Shown piece by piece: positions 36,601-50,174 of a stretch of 64,000 nt of DNA. The stretch's first letter is position 1, and each line of letters starts with the position of its first letter. This DNA is from Octopus bimaculoides (Eukaryota), in NCBI RefSeq assembly GCF_001194135.2, contig NC_068984.1, positions 59,252,434-59,316,433 on the forward strand, read 5' to 3'. The notes beneath the pieces were generated by a model. It was not told the DNA's origin, did not search any database, and saw only the letters and a list, made by a program, of their open reading frames with translations. Both the position numbers and the translations under genes were made by a program.

Positions 36601-38097
36601 ATTAAGGAGTGGAACATACAATTTCCTGTTATTCAGATCGCTCATCAGTCAGAGTGGCTGTTCTAGGGCATCTTCCAGGGCAGCTCCTTTTCCATTTTGT
36701 CTGCTGGGACCATGAGGTGGTCTGAATTACAGGAAATTGGACATTCCACTCCTTAATATAAAGTTACTCCATATAAATTGCTCTTAGTACAGTAAACTAG
36801 TTATTTGAAACTTATAACCAGCAATGCAATTATTTTCAATATTCTTAATACAGAATGATGATAATATTGAAAGGATAAAAAACAGATGACATTAATATTT
36901 CCAGTTATGCTGGTAGAAAAATGATTTGTGTTATTGAGATACATTGCTTGCTTAGAAACTTGTGCCAGGACAATACACAAGAAGAACTATAGTTAAGAGA
37001 TAATGCATACCTATTACAACTTATACATTGATAAATGGTTATACTAAGTCACTTCAGATTAAAGATATTTTGAATGTGATACAAATATATAACGGTTCAA
37101 TTGGGTTTTATTAACATGTTATTTTAACAATTTGGTACTGAATCAAAACATATGAGTTACTTAGTGCCTATATATACATGTGTGTATAGGTGCAGACATA
37201 GCTGAGTGGTATGAGGTTGCTTCCCAACCTCATTGTCCTTGGGTCAGTCCCACTGTGTGGTACCTTGGGCAAGTGTCTTCTATTATAGTCTCAGCCAACC
37301 AAAACCTTTTTGAGCAGATTTGGTAGACAGACACCAAAAGAAGCTCATCAAATATATGTATGTGTATATATTACTGTCTCCTTGCCTTGATTTCATGTGA
37401 TTGTTGTAAATGAATGTCACCATCTTGCAAGTCATTCATAAAAATATGTCTGGTTGTGGGGAATGTTATCTTGAAACAAGTTAATGGTTGGTCACAGCTG
37501 TAGAAAATCTGCCTCCAAATTCCATCCAGTCCATGCAAGCATGGAAAAGTGGTCGTCAAAATAATGTTGTGTTTGTATGTGTATGTATGTGCATGCGCAC
37601 ATGCATGCATGTGAAACTTCCACAAGAATTATTTTATAAATTTCCTTTGTTAAATTGAAATGTTCAAACTAAGGTCAAATTTCACATAAAATGACAAATC
37701 TAAGCTAGAAGATTCAACATCAAACAAAATATTTTTTTTCTTTTTATTTTACATAAAATATGGGTGAGAGATATAATATAACCTTTGTCTGTTTACTTTT
37801 ATCTCATTACTATTTAAATATTGAGTTCAAATTATCTATTCTCTTTGATTTGCAAAAATTAATCTTGTGCCAGTTCAAAAGAAATCATTATACAAGGCTG
37901 AAAGAAAAATGCATTTTAACTTACATTTTTATTGAAATAAACCTCCACTAGAGAGGGTACAGTAAAAAGAAGAAAAATAAAAAGTTATTAATTCTATGAA
38001 GCATTTTAATGTATTTAGAATGAGTGTATATGAGTACACAGATACTTTAAAATCAATATTTCCCATCGTTTTGCCTGTCCTACATATCAGCCCTAAT

Positions 38098-39408
38098 TAT
38101 AAGGTTGTCAGATAAATTTGTTCATTTTCTTTTTTCCCCCTCTTTTATTTTAATCTTTATTTTTCATCACCAATTTTAACAAATCAGTCAATAATATATT
38201 CTCCTTCATTGTTCATACTTCTTGCCAATGTCCCACTAGCTTGTCAAATGCTTTGATGGCAGAAATTACCTGGTCTTGACTAGAATTCATCAAGATGCAT
38301 TTTCAGCTCCACTTTGTTGTGGAATAAAATGCCATGCAGATTGGTGGAGGGAGACTGTAAAAGATGATAATCTGAAGACATTATATCAGGAAAACACAGT
38401 GGATGTAGTAGAACTTCCCAAATGAGCTCTTGAATAGCATTTTTAGTCAAATTAGCAATGTGGGGATGAGTTGTGTAGAAACTGCATGCCATATTGCCAA
38501 TCAGGTTGTTTCAGCTGGATTGCATTGTTGAGCTGGTGTGTTTGCTGATTGTAAAACTCTTTACTGATTGCCCTTTTCAAGTATTTTGTAGCAGACTAGC
38601 TCTTCCCAATCCTACCAAATGCAGATCATTGGCTTGAGGTGTTGCTTGCTTTTCAGGACTCAGCTGTTCTTTCTTCTTCTTCATATTGACATCATAAAGA
38701 TACAATTTTTCATTGTCAGTGACAATGCAGTGTAGAAATTTCTGTGTCCACAAGTAACCTTGTGTTAAGGGCAAGTAAACTGGTGGCAATAGAGGAGTAC
38801 TGGAGTTTCTCTCTTTTGTTTAGAGCATGTGATACCTATGCACTAAGTTTTGGATCTTACCTCTTGAGTGAAGGTGATGGGTGATGGCATCATGAGAGCA
38901 CCCCATCTGCTGGGCCAATTCCTTTATGAATTGGCATCGAACCTCATAGATGAGCTTGTTCAATCAATCATCATTGAACTGAACAGGTCAGCTGGAACAC
39001 AGAGAATCTGAGATCAAATTTCCCCTCCTGTAGCATCGTAAACTATTTCTGTGCAGTTCTTTCAGTTATAATGCCTTCTCCATACACAGTACAAATGTCT
39101 CAAGTAGCTTTGACAGCTTTGGAACCTTAATTGAAAGCACAAAAAAGCAGGTGCTGAAAATACTCCCCCCCCCCCNNNNNNNNNNTTTTTTTTTTTTTTT
39201 TTAACCTGTCTGCTTGACACTACATCATCGGATGTCTGAAAAGAGATAAAAATTTCTTCAAATTTCATAAATAATAACCAGAAGACCAAAAGTTGTAGAG
39301 GAAGAATAGATCTACAAAATCCCATAAAAAACATGTAATAAAAATATTTTCTGTCTTAATTGAAGTAACATTGCAAAGAAACAAACAAATTTATCTGACA
39401 ACCCAATC
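38098..39408 (-). mobile_element. Full-length (~1.3 kb) degenerate mariner transposon in RMC1 intron 4
   Basis: Perfect 20-bp TIR GGTTGTCAGATAAATTTGTT (38103-38122 / 39384-39403). Transposase remnants: AFNxGSKAVKAT..ICTVYGEG, VSHAL (WVPHEL-like), CIVTDNEK (first D), HPLCFPDIMSSDYHLL (YSPDLAPSDY-like). Confidence 0.88.
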
Positions 39409-40325
39409 ATCAATCATCTTGTGAAAGCTTTTGGTCTTTAAAATTTTGGTATTTTAAAACCAATATTCCTATCAAAATCTCTTACTCATTATTGTTACTG
39501 TTATCACTAAATTAATTTTTTTTCCCCTTTTATTTAGTTAGGATTAGAAGGCTTTGGATTATGAAAAAAGAAACATTGTCCCATCACTTCTGTAAAATGT
39601 TTCTACTAAATAAACTAAAGAAAGTTATTTTTTACACTACCAACATTTGATCTATTATGTTAATCAAATTTATATTTACTTTTGATGTTGTTATTTTTAT
39701 CTTGTTTCTCAAGTGTGTATATTAGTGAGTGCGTGTATATTAATGTGTGTACGACAGAGAGCAAGAGAGAACAAGGTATTATACAAATACTGATATAAAA
39801 ATTCTAAAATATACCTGTTAGATAAAAGTCAGATTTTATCTTAAACAGTTTGTTCACATTTTAATCTTATTTTAAGAACCCTTTTGATAAAGAATATTTT
39901 GTTATAGATCAAAGCAATACAGTTCCAATTGCTGTTCAATTACTAATGAAATAGATAGAGATTAACTATCTAATTGGAGAGGCAGAATGATGTTGACAGT
40001 TATCTTATTAATCACTGTTCTTCTCACTGATAATAATAATCCTGCCTTCATTCTACTGCTTCCTTTACAGTTGTGTCGGTGTTGCCTACCCTGGGCTACT
40101 GTAAGTTTTAGTTGATATACCCTGGCTAAAGTTGATAACCCCAACCTAGCCACATCTAAGTTGCCTTTACACGCTTTCCTTTTCCTTACCCTTATAAGAT
40201 GATAATAATAATAATGTTGGTGATGATAACAATGATTTCTTTTGAAGTGGGCATAAGGCCAGTTTTGCAAGAGTTACTATAGGATATATGATAGAACCAA
40301 CAGCAATATTACTGGGGATTTTCTT

Positions 40326-40359
<34 letters not shown>

Positions 40360-41920
40360 CCTCTCAAAAGGATAACAGGCAAAGTTAGCTACAACTAGAT
40401 TTGAACTCAGTATTAAATTGCATTTTGCTCAGTATTAAATCTCATGGTCAAATTCTGATGGGATTGAATTTATTATAACATCCCTTTAGGAAGGGGGTAT
40501 TGATTTAATTGACCAAACCTTGCCCCCAAAATGTGATGCCTTGTACCAAGGTAAGAAATCATTATTATTCAGTGAAATATTTCTGTTAGAAATCATTGTA
40601 ATTAGTTCTTTATGCTCTGAATTTCAAATATTATTGAGGTCAGCTTTGCCTTTCATCCTTCCATGAGGACAATGGAGAAGGTGGGGAGGATCAATAAGAT
40701 CTGTACCAGTCCAAGTATTTGTGAGAGAGTGGTGGGGTCAATATATCAAATGTTCCCTCTTCTAAAATTTTTGGCCTTGTGCCTATTGTAAGAAATCATT
40801 ATTATTATTATTATTATTAAAAAGCAATTTTGCCCAATGTTTTCGTCTTCCTTGCTATCTCAACCTTCTTTTTTCTCTGTTAATGCTTTCAGACATAAAT
40901 CCTTTGTGTTTTACAATTTTCAGTCAGTCATGATGAAAACTCAATTCCTTTCAATTATTATTCACACTTCTTTCATTTCAAAGATCTTTCATCATTTAGG
41001 TTAAGCTTATTGCCATTCTCATTATCAAAATTTCATTTTTTTCACCCCCTATTTTTTAAACTATTTTCTGTCTGCGCAGCAGAATGTAGCTACGTATAAT
41101 TTATCTCTATTGCATTCTTGGCTTCTAACTGGATTTCCTCTGTCTGTCTCTCTGTCTCTCTCTCTCTCCTCTTCCTTTCTGTTTTAGCGTTGCAAGAAGC
41201 AAGTTATGCTGCATGATAGAACTGTCTGGGTTATCTTGTAGACTGACTACAGTGTATTAAATGATCCCTTCCATTTATATTGCTCCATGTTAGAAAAGAA
41301 CCAAGAAATGCAACATTTTTATTTTCAATTTCATTTTAGTAAAGTGGAAAATGAAGAAGTTACAACTATCATGTATTTCAGTACAAGTGATAGTTATCTA
41401 ATTTAATTTGAATGCCTTCAATTTAAAAAGAAAATCTACTCTAGCTTGTAGAACTCAATTGGATGGAGAAATGAAATCATTATAAAATGCATAAAAAGTA
41501 TTGATATATATTTAAGGATTAACAACATTAGTAGTAGTAGTTGCTGTTTTAGTAAGTTGTAGCAGTAGCAAGTGCAGTCTGGCACTGTTTGCACTTCATC
41601 AGTAGTATCAAATGGAAGAACTAAACCCTACAAAATGGACCAAATCAAGCCAAACCAAACAGTTTTATATGAAATATAAATTTCATTATTAGCTATTTTA
41701 TGGTGACCCAAGAACTTATTAGGTTATTAAACATTTCCATTTCATTTTTTTGTTTAGTTATTCATTTTATTTAGACTTACAATAAATTTTGTATGTTTTT
41801 GCTACTTTTTGGACAGCAAAATCATCTTCATTCATTGCTATTTTATTGTTGTTTGGTTGTTTACATTCTGCTGTTTTCTTATGCTCTGACTTTGTATGGT
41901 AAACTATTTTATATTTGTAG

Positions 41921-42007
41921 AGTAAATCCACACAAATCCGAGGATTCTGTTGGAGTAACAACACTGAAATTGTCTTTGTCACAGATCAGGCAGTGGAATT
42001 CTATCAA
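41921..42007 (+). CDS. RMC1: RMC1 exon 5
   Basis: ttgtag|SKSTQIRGFCWSNNTEIVFVTDQAVEFYQ|gtatgt; 87 nt, after an 11.4-kb intron. Confidence 0.92.
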
Positions 42008-42983
42008 GTATGTTGAAAATTTATAATTTTTTTCTAGCATATTTTTCTATGACTGAGGTAAGCATTGCAGCTGGCCAACTTGATAGAATGTTGGTCCACT
42101 GATGAAGAGAGTTTGTTGTAGTTGTTTAATCACCTCAAGGCATCCTTGACAGAAGGTTTTCCAGCTGTGAACATTATCATTTTGTACACTTTGCATTACA
42201 TTGTACAATATTTCCTTCCTTTTTTTTTTTTTAAACAATAGGGTGTAGTTTAAGGTAAATGTGGATGTTATGTCTAACAAGTCTAGCAATTGTATAAAGA
42301 CTCCTTCAATGGCTCAAAATGTTTCTGCTTTTGAGCACATGCTATGTCTATGACCAAAATAACAGCTGTACTGAAATTCTGTTTTTATTGATATTAATGC
42401 AACAAAAGCCTAAAGGGTTTTTGATTTTTGTCATCTTTAAATAGTGACCTTGGACATATAGACTGTAAAATAAATATAGTCATCAACAAATTATGGCAAG
42501 CCTATTATAACCGGAAAAATGTCTATTATCATCTATTAGATATTTCAATTATTTAATTTTTTTTTTTTTGTAAGTATCACTCCAAAGCAAGCTTCGCCTA
42601 GAATCCACCCTCTCTTTTCAAAAGCTTTCATCCCTTCATCCTTTAAGTCATGTCCTCTAAGCTCTAAATAGATACCAACAGCTCAGTTGTGTAAATATGG
42701 AAAGTAGAAATCTTGCAGCTCAGATTTTAACTTCCATCCCAACTTTGCCCCACAGCATAAATACAAAAGATAGCATTGATCAGCAAGGTTGAATGAATTA
42801 TTAAATAATAATGTTGTTACATTGATGTTGATGCTGCTGATGAGGATGATGATGATGATGATGATTGTAATTTTCATAAACCTCCATAAATAGAGCATTT
42901 AATCAAACACTGTTTCTGATCTTTTGTACTGTTAACATTCTTCTTGAACTAAAATACTATTCAAATTTTTTTTGTCCTTGCAG

Positions 42984-43055
42984 ATTTCTCCAGAAAAAAA
43001 ATCTTTGAAATGTCTTAAAACCTTTTCTCTGTCCATCAATTGGTTTGTTTGGCTA
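42984..43055 (+). CDS. RMC1: RMC1 exon 6
   Basis: ttgcag|ISPEKKSLKCLKTFSLSINWFVWL|gtaagt; 72 nt. Confidence 0.9.
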
Positions 43056-43229
43056 GTAAGTTACTAATTCTATTTTGTTGTTATTGACCATTTTCATACT
43101 AGTTACTATTTTAAATGAATTTAATAAGCCAAAGAATGTGTGTACACTCACACCAATTGGAGGATGCAGATAAGTTTGCTTTGTTATTTCTTGGTGAACC
43201 CAACATTTCTAGGCTTTTCGGCAAATCTG

Positions 43230-43860
43230 TTGTTACATAGGCCAGTGTTCCTATGAATATAGGTACAAACATAAATTTATAGTCTGGATATAAAAGCTAT
43301 AAGTTTCTCATTATTTCCTTTAGATGTTCTAGTTTTCTCCAATTTTAGATGCAACATCACATCAACTAGGTAGCTAACTGCTATAACAGTCCATGTACAT
43401 GATTTTTATACACTGTCTCATAGAATTATAGCAAACCTCTTTGCATCATGTTGCTGTTTTTGTTGGAATATTCCACCAGTATTCCTTATTTTTAAAGTTA
43501 TGGATATATTTTGGTTCTAGTGTACCTTGGTATAACCATCTGGACTATCCTTCTTACAGATAGCTTTGTAAATGGTATTAACCTCAGTGTTATGTCTCAT
43601 GGAAAGGTAATACCTTACATACATTTTTGGACAGTTTCGTCATGTGGTTGATATGTACCACACCAGCATGATCAACATTCATTTTCTATCACAACATGGA
43701 GGCTCAGAAGTATCTTTATTTCTTTTATTGATGAAGTATTTAATAGCTGTGTCTTGTTCCTGGATAGCAAAGGCATAGCCTTCTAGGTGAGATGTGAGTC
43801 TTCCACAAACCATGGAAAGGCTGCACTTTGTCAGTATTGTCATTATGTATGTTAGGCATG
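43230..43860 (-). mobile_element. Second R4/Dong-clade LINE 3' relic (RMC1 intron 6)
   Basis: HLEGYAFAIQEQDTAIKYFINKRNK, CPKMYVRYYLSMRHN, NKEYWWNIPTK fragments with stops and frameshifts. Confidence 0.7.
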
Positions 43861-44417
43861 TATGTCATTCTAACACTTAGAGAACTGAACTTAGCCTATA
43901 TATCATGAGTGTTGCAGGAAGAACACAAGAATGTTGTGTGTGATTGTTGAAGCTTCAAATGAAAGAAAATAAAGTTAAAAGTTGATGGAGAAACACTACA
44001 ATTAGACAAGGACTAGTGAGAGATATAATGAAACTGGCTTTATGCATTCATTCAACAAACTACCATTAAACATTGTGTGTTTATAAACACTTGATTCAAG
44101 CTACGGACTATTATTGCCTGGCTAAGGCTAATTATGATTTAGACTGGACAAAACAGTAAGCTATTGTAATTATTTTGGCCAACCTTGCATATGTTTGTGT
44201 GTGTTATGGAAATTTCCCATTTTAGTATTATATGGCCAGTTCTTCTGATGGAAGGCTATACAGTAGGGAACACTCCTGTAAGTTGGGGTGTGAACCAGTA
44301 ATGGGGAGAAGTTAGAGAAGCTGGTGGAGGTAAATATTAGGAAATTGCATGATTTAAAAATCCTTGTATTTATGTCCCTTCAATCAGCTTTTTAATCTTT
44401 GTCAACTTCATTTACAG

Positions 44418-44486
44418 CCTGTAAACTGTGTATTGTTAGTGTCTTCTGGAATTGTTGGCAATACTCTGAATCCATTCCAGTTCAAG
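44418..44486 (+). CDS. RMC1: RMC1 exon 7
   Basis: ttacag|PVNCVLLVSSGIVGNTLNPFQFK|gtaagc; 69 nt. Confidence 0.88.
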
Positions 44487-46280
44487 GTAAGCTACTGGGC
44501 AGTTTCTACTGATCTGTCAGGCAAAGTATTTAATATGTTTTGATGAGTGTGATCTTGTTTTACAGATACATTCTTTTATTTTATTAGTTTCAATCTATTT
44601 GGACTGTGACTATACTGGGACAGTGGCATCAAAGTTTTATATTTTTACTTGATTATATCAACTTCAGAACCGTTTTGTTTCTTATTCCTGTTAAATAGCT
44701 AAATCCACCATGGTGTAAAGGGACGTGAATCAAACTTGGTCTAAATACCAGAAGGTATATTTAATCAAGACCAATGTGTGAGCTATCCTTCTCTAATAAT
44801 ATATACACACTCACACACTCTCTCTCACATATACGATGGGTTTCTGTCTACTGAATTCTATTCATAATGCATTGGACAACTCAAGGATTTAATAGAAATC
44901 ACTTATCCAAGGAGCCAGTTTGGGATTGATCTTAGAGCAACATGATTTAAAGCTTATTTTATATTATTTATTTATTTTTTTAATAATTTCTTTAGTTTTC
45001 TATGCTAGTTCAGATGGAATAGTGTGCATTATTTCCATATGGAAACAGAACGGTTCTTAGATTAAGGTACAGAAATACTGAGCACATTGTTATGAAGTGC
45101 AAACCTTGTAGAGGCACTGTGTTGTACAATTGGACAAGATGTTTCATTGTTTGTCTCAGTTTGCCTAACAGGATTGACAAAATTCCACTTCTAATTTATC
45201 ATTGACTTCTCTTCAGTAAAAATAATTGCTTTTCAGTAAAAATAATTACTCCATCAAATATCATCCTACACTTGCTAACCAAGAAAAATTGGGTGTAAAA
45301 CTGCACAGATAAATCTAAATATTATTTTATTAGTTTCAGTCACTGAACTGTAACCATCCTGGGGCACCACCATCAAGAGTTTAGTCAACTATTTCATCTC
45401 CAGTACTTTTTTTCAGGCACTTATTTTATCAAATGTGAATGACAAAAGAGTAACACTGACTTGGGCAAGATTTGAGCTCAGAACATAAAACTATATCAAT
45501 CAGTAAGGCCTCCAAAGAATTTTGTCCAACACCACTGATCCCGTTAATCCATCACCCTAAATATATATGAACTGTTGAAATAAACTTTTGGTTATTGCTA
45601 GTTGCCCAGTTAAACTCTGCTACCTGGCTCTTGGGTGTCTTTAGTGGATTCCATTCTGTTGCAAGCATTGAAGCCAAGTCAGAAGATAATCTTTGGATCA
45701 TGTTGCTCTTCCTCCTCTTTGTCATTGAAAATTATTTAAGGAGCACACCATTGTGATGGATTTTAGAATTTGATCTGGTAACCTTTCAATCACTGGTCTA
45801 GCATTTTAATCTCCTATTTTTATATTCCTTATTCTATCTCTTTTCTTTCTTTTGAAACTCATAAATAAGCACCTATCTATGTGATTGCTTCACTTGCTAT
45901 AATAGCAACTAATCTTCCTTAAATTACACCCTACTGACTTAAGAATATGTTAGTCCTAGAAATACTGTTTCCAAAAAACAAAAAAAGAAATGGTGGAATG
46001 ATTGCAGCTGGAATGCCTTTGAACAATTGCTTATTTGATCAAGACTGACTTGAGGCTAAGTTACAATCACATTTCTTTATGTATTTGCCTACCCAACTTA
46101 GCTGCAACAACCACAGAACATAACATGTGCCCACATCACAGAGATGATTAGGTCCATGCTTCTACAGTTGGAAACACCTTCTTACAGAGTAATTTTTATT
46201 TAAATACCTTTTATTGGAAAATAATACATTCTTTGTTTTGTTGTTAATATCTGAACAATTTTTTTCTTTTACTTTTTCAG

Positions 46281-46384
46281 CCTAGTACTGTAAATCGTCT
46301 GCCAAAATTTGAAGTAGACCTTCCAGCCGTACCTAAACCTGCTAAACAGACTTTACTGCAGCGGGATGTGACTATGGCTTGTCT
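46281..46384 (+). CDS. RMC1: RMC1 exon 8
   Basis: tttcag|PSTVNRLPKFEVDLPAVPKPAKQTLLQRDVTMAC(L)|gtatgt; 104 nt, phase 2. Confidence 0.92.
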
Positions 46385-46983
46385 GTATGTATAATTTATA
46401 CTTATCATCTCTGTAAAATATAACAATTGTTACAGTAAAGTATCACACGCTTCCATATTTCTTCAACAGATAGATATAATTACATGCACACTGATATGTG
46501 TTTTTGGGTGTCTATATAGTTGTTTCAATAATGATTTCTGAGACATAAATGTTAATGGAATGACTAATAGGTTTTCAGACATATGTTTTGGAGAATTTTA
46601 ATCGCAAATTAAGCATAAAAAATTAAATTTCACCTCTTTCTTGAACTTAGCATAGATATTTAGAAGGCAAGATCATGCATTTATTATAGTATGCATGATA
46701 CATAAAATTAACATTCCAAGTAAAATATATAATTTTTGTATTGTTGTAGCTGGATATCTTAGAATTTGCAGTTCTACAATGAATAAAAGAGTGTCTCTAC
46801 TTAATAGATATGATCTTAAACATATGTAAAATAAAGGAATTCATATAAATGTTACCTAAAGAAAACAATTTGACATCATAAGGAAAAATCAGAACTATTT
46901 AAATCAATTTTTCATTATATATGAAGTAATAAAGGTGTGGATAAAATAAAACGTTTCTCTAATTTTAAAATTAAAATTATATA

Positions 46984-47354
46984 TTATTTACATTTGACGG
47001 ATATTTGTCCTCATCTTGTTTGTTACTATTATTATATTATTATTATTATTACTAATCAGGTCGCTGCCGTGAATCGAACTCGGAATCTTGGGGTTAGTAG
47101 CCCGTGCTCTCAACCACTATGCCATATGCCTGTGGGCAATTATGGAGTGAATTTTAGGGCTTATAAATCTATTATTTTTCTATCCTTCTTCAATACCGGT
47201 TCCCATATGCTATTCATATCTGCACTCAAGACACCTGACGAAGGCTGGAGGGTATATCAGCCAAAACGTTGTGTTAACAACAAACAAGATGAGGACAAAT
47301 ATCCGTCAAATGTAAATAATGTAAATAATTCCTCATCTCTTAAATATAGAACTG
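46984..47354. mobile_element. Second inverted composite of the same tRNA-head/hammerhead-tail element
   Basis: tRNA-like head on minus (47130->47057) and hammerhead-like tail on plus (47230-47354). A ~41-bp terminal arm is inverted relative to 47278-47318. Flanked by the 12-bp direct repeat TAAAATTATATA (46972-46983, 47355-47366). Confidence 0.8.
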
Positions 47355-47909
47355 TAAAATTATATAATTATAAATATAATGATTATTCATGAAATAATAG
47401 TTTGTAGTAAATCAATTAGCTTTATCATTTAAAACTGGCACATTTGTTCAATTAGTATGTGTTGGTATTAACAGAAAATAAATTAGCTAAATAAAAATTT
47501 GAAAAAGAAATATATATAAATGCATTAAGTGGATAAAGATATATGTGTATTGTATACAGAATAAAGTCATTGCTCTGGAAGTGTCTAGAATTTAGAAAGT
47601 GGTTTTCATTTTATTTTGAACAAAATTTTATCCTTAACACTTTAGTATTTAGATTACTCTATCAACACTAATACTTATTTATTCACATTATTTTGAATTA
47701 ATCCTACATTATCTCATAGATTCGAGATTTCAATGAGATGATTGTTTATTTTTAGAATGACATTGTAGGATAGGTGTGATAGGTCAGACCTGACCAGTTT
47801 GAACATATTTGGACTAGTTATTGCTAGTTTAAATACTTAAAGGTTACTGAGTATAAATTNNNNNNNNNNATGATGATGATGAAATAATTTGTATAATTTT
47901 GTTAAACAG

Positions 47910-47996
47910 GTATGGCATAGTGTATATAATAGTGTTACGGCATCAGCCACGTGGTGGCAGTGCTGGTGCTGAAATAGTACTGTATCAACTTCAGAA
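47910..47996 (+). CDS. RMC1: RMC1 exon 9
   Basis: aaacag|(L)YGIVYIIVLRHQPRGGSAGAEIVLYQLQ(K)|gtaagt; 87 nt, phase 2-2. Confidence 0.9.
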
Positions 47997-48099
47997 GTAA
48001 GTTCTTCTATTTTATCATCAGTATTTCCTTCTTTATTATTTAATGCCTACTTTTTTATGCTATCACATTTTGGATGTGTTTTCATCTTTCCATATGTCT

Positions 48100-49000
48100 C
48101 AATATTGCATCAACTCCCTTTCTCTAAACTCTCCTGTAATATATCCATAGATCATTTGCATTCATTGTCATTAAAAAATCAAGGACTGCCTTACAAAGAA
48201 ATCTTTTATTAGCACTCTACCTTAGTACTATTTATATCATATCATCTTGCAGTTTCCTTGAGCAGGGACCTTGGTACCATCTTCCAAAAGCATCAGATAA
48301 CATAGTTCTTTCAACAGTTCAAAGACACAGCTACTACATGAACCAAAGAAACAGATTTGCATTCACTCTTTATTCCCAAACATGAAGTACACAGAGTCAA
48401 AAACTTCAGTCATTTCAAAATGTCTGATCCATTGTGGCAACCTCAAACATATACCATTTACTAAATTAGTGTATCAATGCTTTTCACTTCAGTTATCAAA
48501 AGCTCAAGTATAACTCACATTGAAATACTTGGTAGATGTTATTGTTACACATCATGATATCCTTTACTGCATCGGGCTAATTAGCTCACCAGGTTAAATA
48601 GTAAAGACTCAGTCATCAACACACTGCAACCATTGCTTCATGGAAATTCCGCGTCTGTAGCTACTACAATGAACTTTACTCATTTTTAACTGAAAAGCTG
48701 TGTATCACCTCCATTTTGGTTTATTTGATGTACCAACATCTCCTTATCATCCACACTGTATCTTACACCTGTAAATCCATACTTTAGACACTTTTCCCAA
48801 GCATTCATCTTTAGAACTAAAAAAACTCTTCAGTTTCCTTTCACCATGATTTTCCTACAGGCATCAAAGTGCATGGGTGCAGTTTTTCTCTCAAAACTGA
48901 ATAATGTTTAAATAGTGCTACTTTTCCAAGCTACAAAGTTCAAATTAGTGTGAAAAAGAAACCCAGTTTGTTGGTAAACAGAAAGTCCCATAGGTACATC
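48100..49000 (-). mobile_element. Old RTE-like RT relic
   Basis: Minus-strand remnants weakly resemble the RTE C-terminal region; many stops. Confidence 0.3.
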
Positions 49001-50068
49001 ATGTCCTTAATATGTGTATTTTTGGTTTGTTTATACATAGCCAGAATAGTTTTCATAAGTCATTTACTCACTTCTAGTTTTTTTATTTTGTTCACTATAC
49101 AATGTAAACACGATTAGCTTAATAACTAGTCTCAGCATTTTTCCCCCAACTCTTCTTGCAACTTCAGAGAAAAGAAGCACTAGCCATTATACTTATTAGT
49201 TGAAAAGATAGTGCTCACGACTTAATAGTGACAACATCATAATGGATGATGATTTGACCTTAATTTGCAGATTATAATCAAGACATATTGGTAGACTAAG
49301 GGTTTGAAGGGAAGACTCAACTTGACAATGTTAGACAATAATTTTTTTTTTTTTAATTTATAGCTTACTCAGAGAATAGTGTTTGCAAGGCTTCTGAGAC
49401 TTGTGGAGGAGAAGAGAAGAGGAAACTTTAATTATTGGGTTACTGCACTATGAAACAGCATCAATACTGTATTTTCAAGCATACAAGTTGATGTAACACA
49501 TAGTGTAAATATTCAAACAGTGTCACTATCTTTTCAAATCCTGCTGCATTTCACATGGAATTTTCAGTCTGTCAAAGTTGTTTTGGTGTATAAGTTGACC
49601 TACTTTTTTTGATTGTAGATTTTGGTCTGAAAAATTTGATTTGCATGCTAGGAAAATACAGTATGTCAAGTTATACTCAGACAAAAAATAGAGTCCTAAT
49701 ATTTGGACCAGAATAGATTCTGCTAAAGGTACCCAAGAATGATGTTAAACTATGCTACAGATTAAGTCTCCCATCCAAGAAGGGAAAAATTCAGTTCATT
49801 TGATGGTCTTTCACAAATTTTACTTCTCTTTAATTTCATTCACAAGGCTTGTTTTGGCCCTTGGCTAATAGAAAAGAGTTTGTCCAAAGTGCCATGCTGT
49901 GTGTTCAAACTTATTAACTACATGGCCATTCCTGAACCAATATTTGAATACTTTTATACTAAATGCACCTATAACTTCTGTTCTAAGTAAGAACTTTAAT
50001 ACAATTGCTTTTTATCCTTTTGTTAATATTTTGACCTTTAAATATCTCTATAATTTCAAACTTTGCAG

Positions 50069-50174
50069 AGAAAGTCCAGCAAAGAAAACCAATATATTAC
50101 GTCTCGATATGAGTGGTCGTTTTGCTGTGAATACAGTAGACAATTTGATAATTGTTCACCACCAAGCCTCTCGT
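50069..50174 (+). CDS. RMC1: RMC1 exon 10
   Basis: ttgcag|(K)ESPAKKTNILRLDMSGRFAVNTVDNLIIVHHQASR|gtaagt; 106 nt. Confidence 0.93.

Noticed and set aside
46937-47392. 151-aa ORF (with similar peptides at 32239-32949 and 6993-7234)
   Set aside because: It reads through the non-coding hammerhead/tRNA element; the shared peptide merely reflects the repeat.
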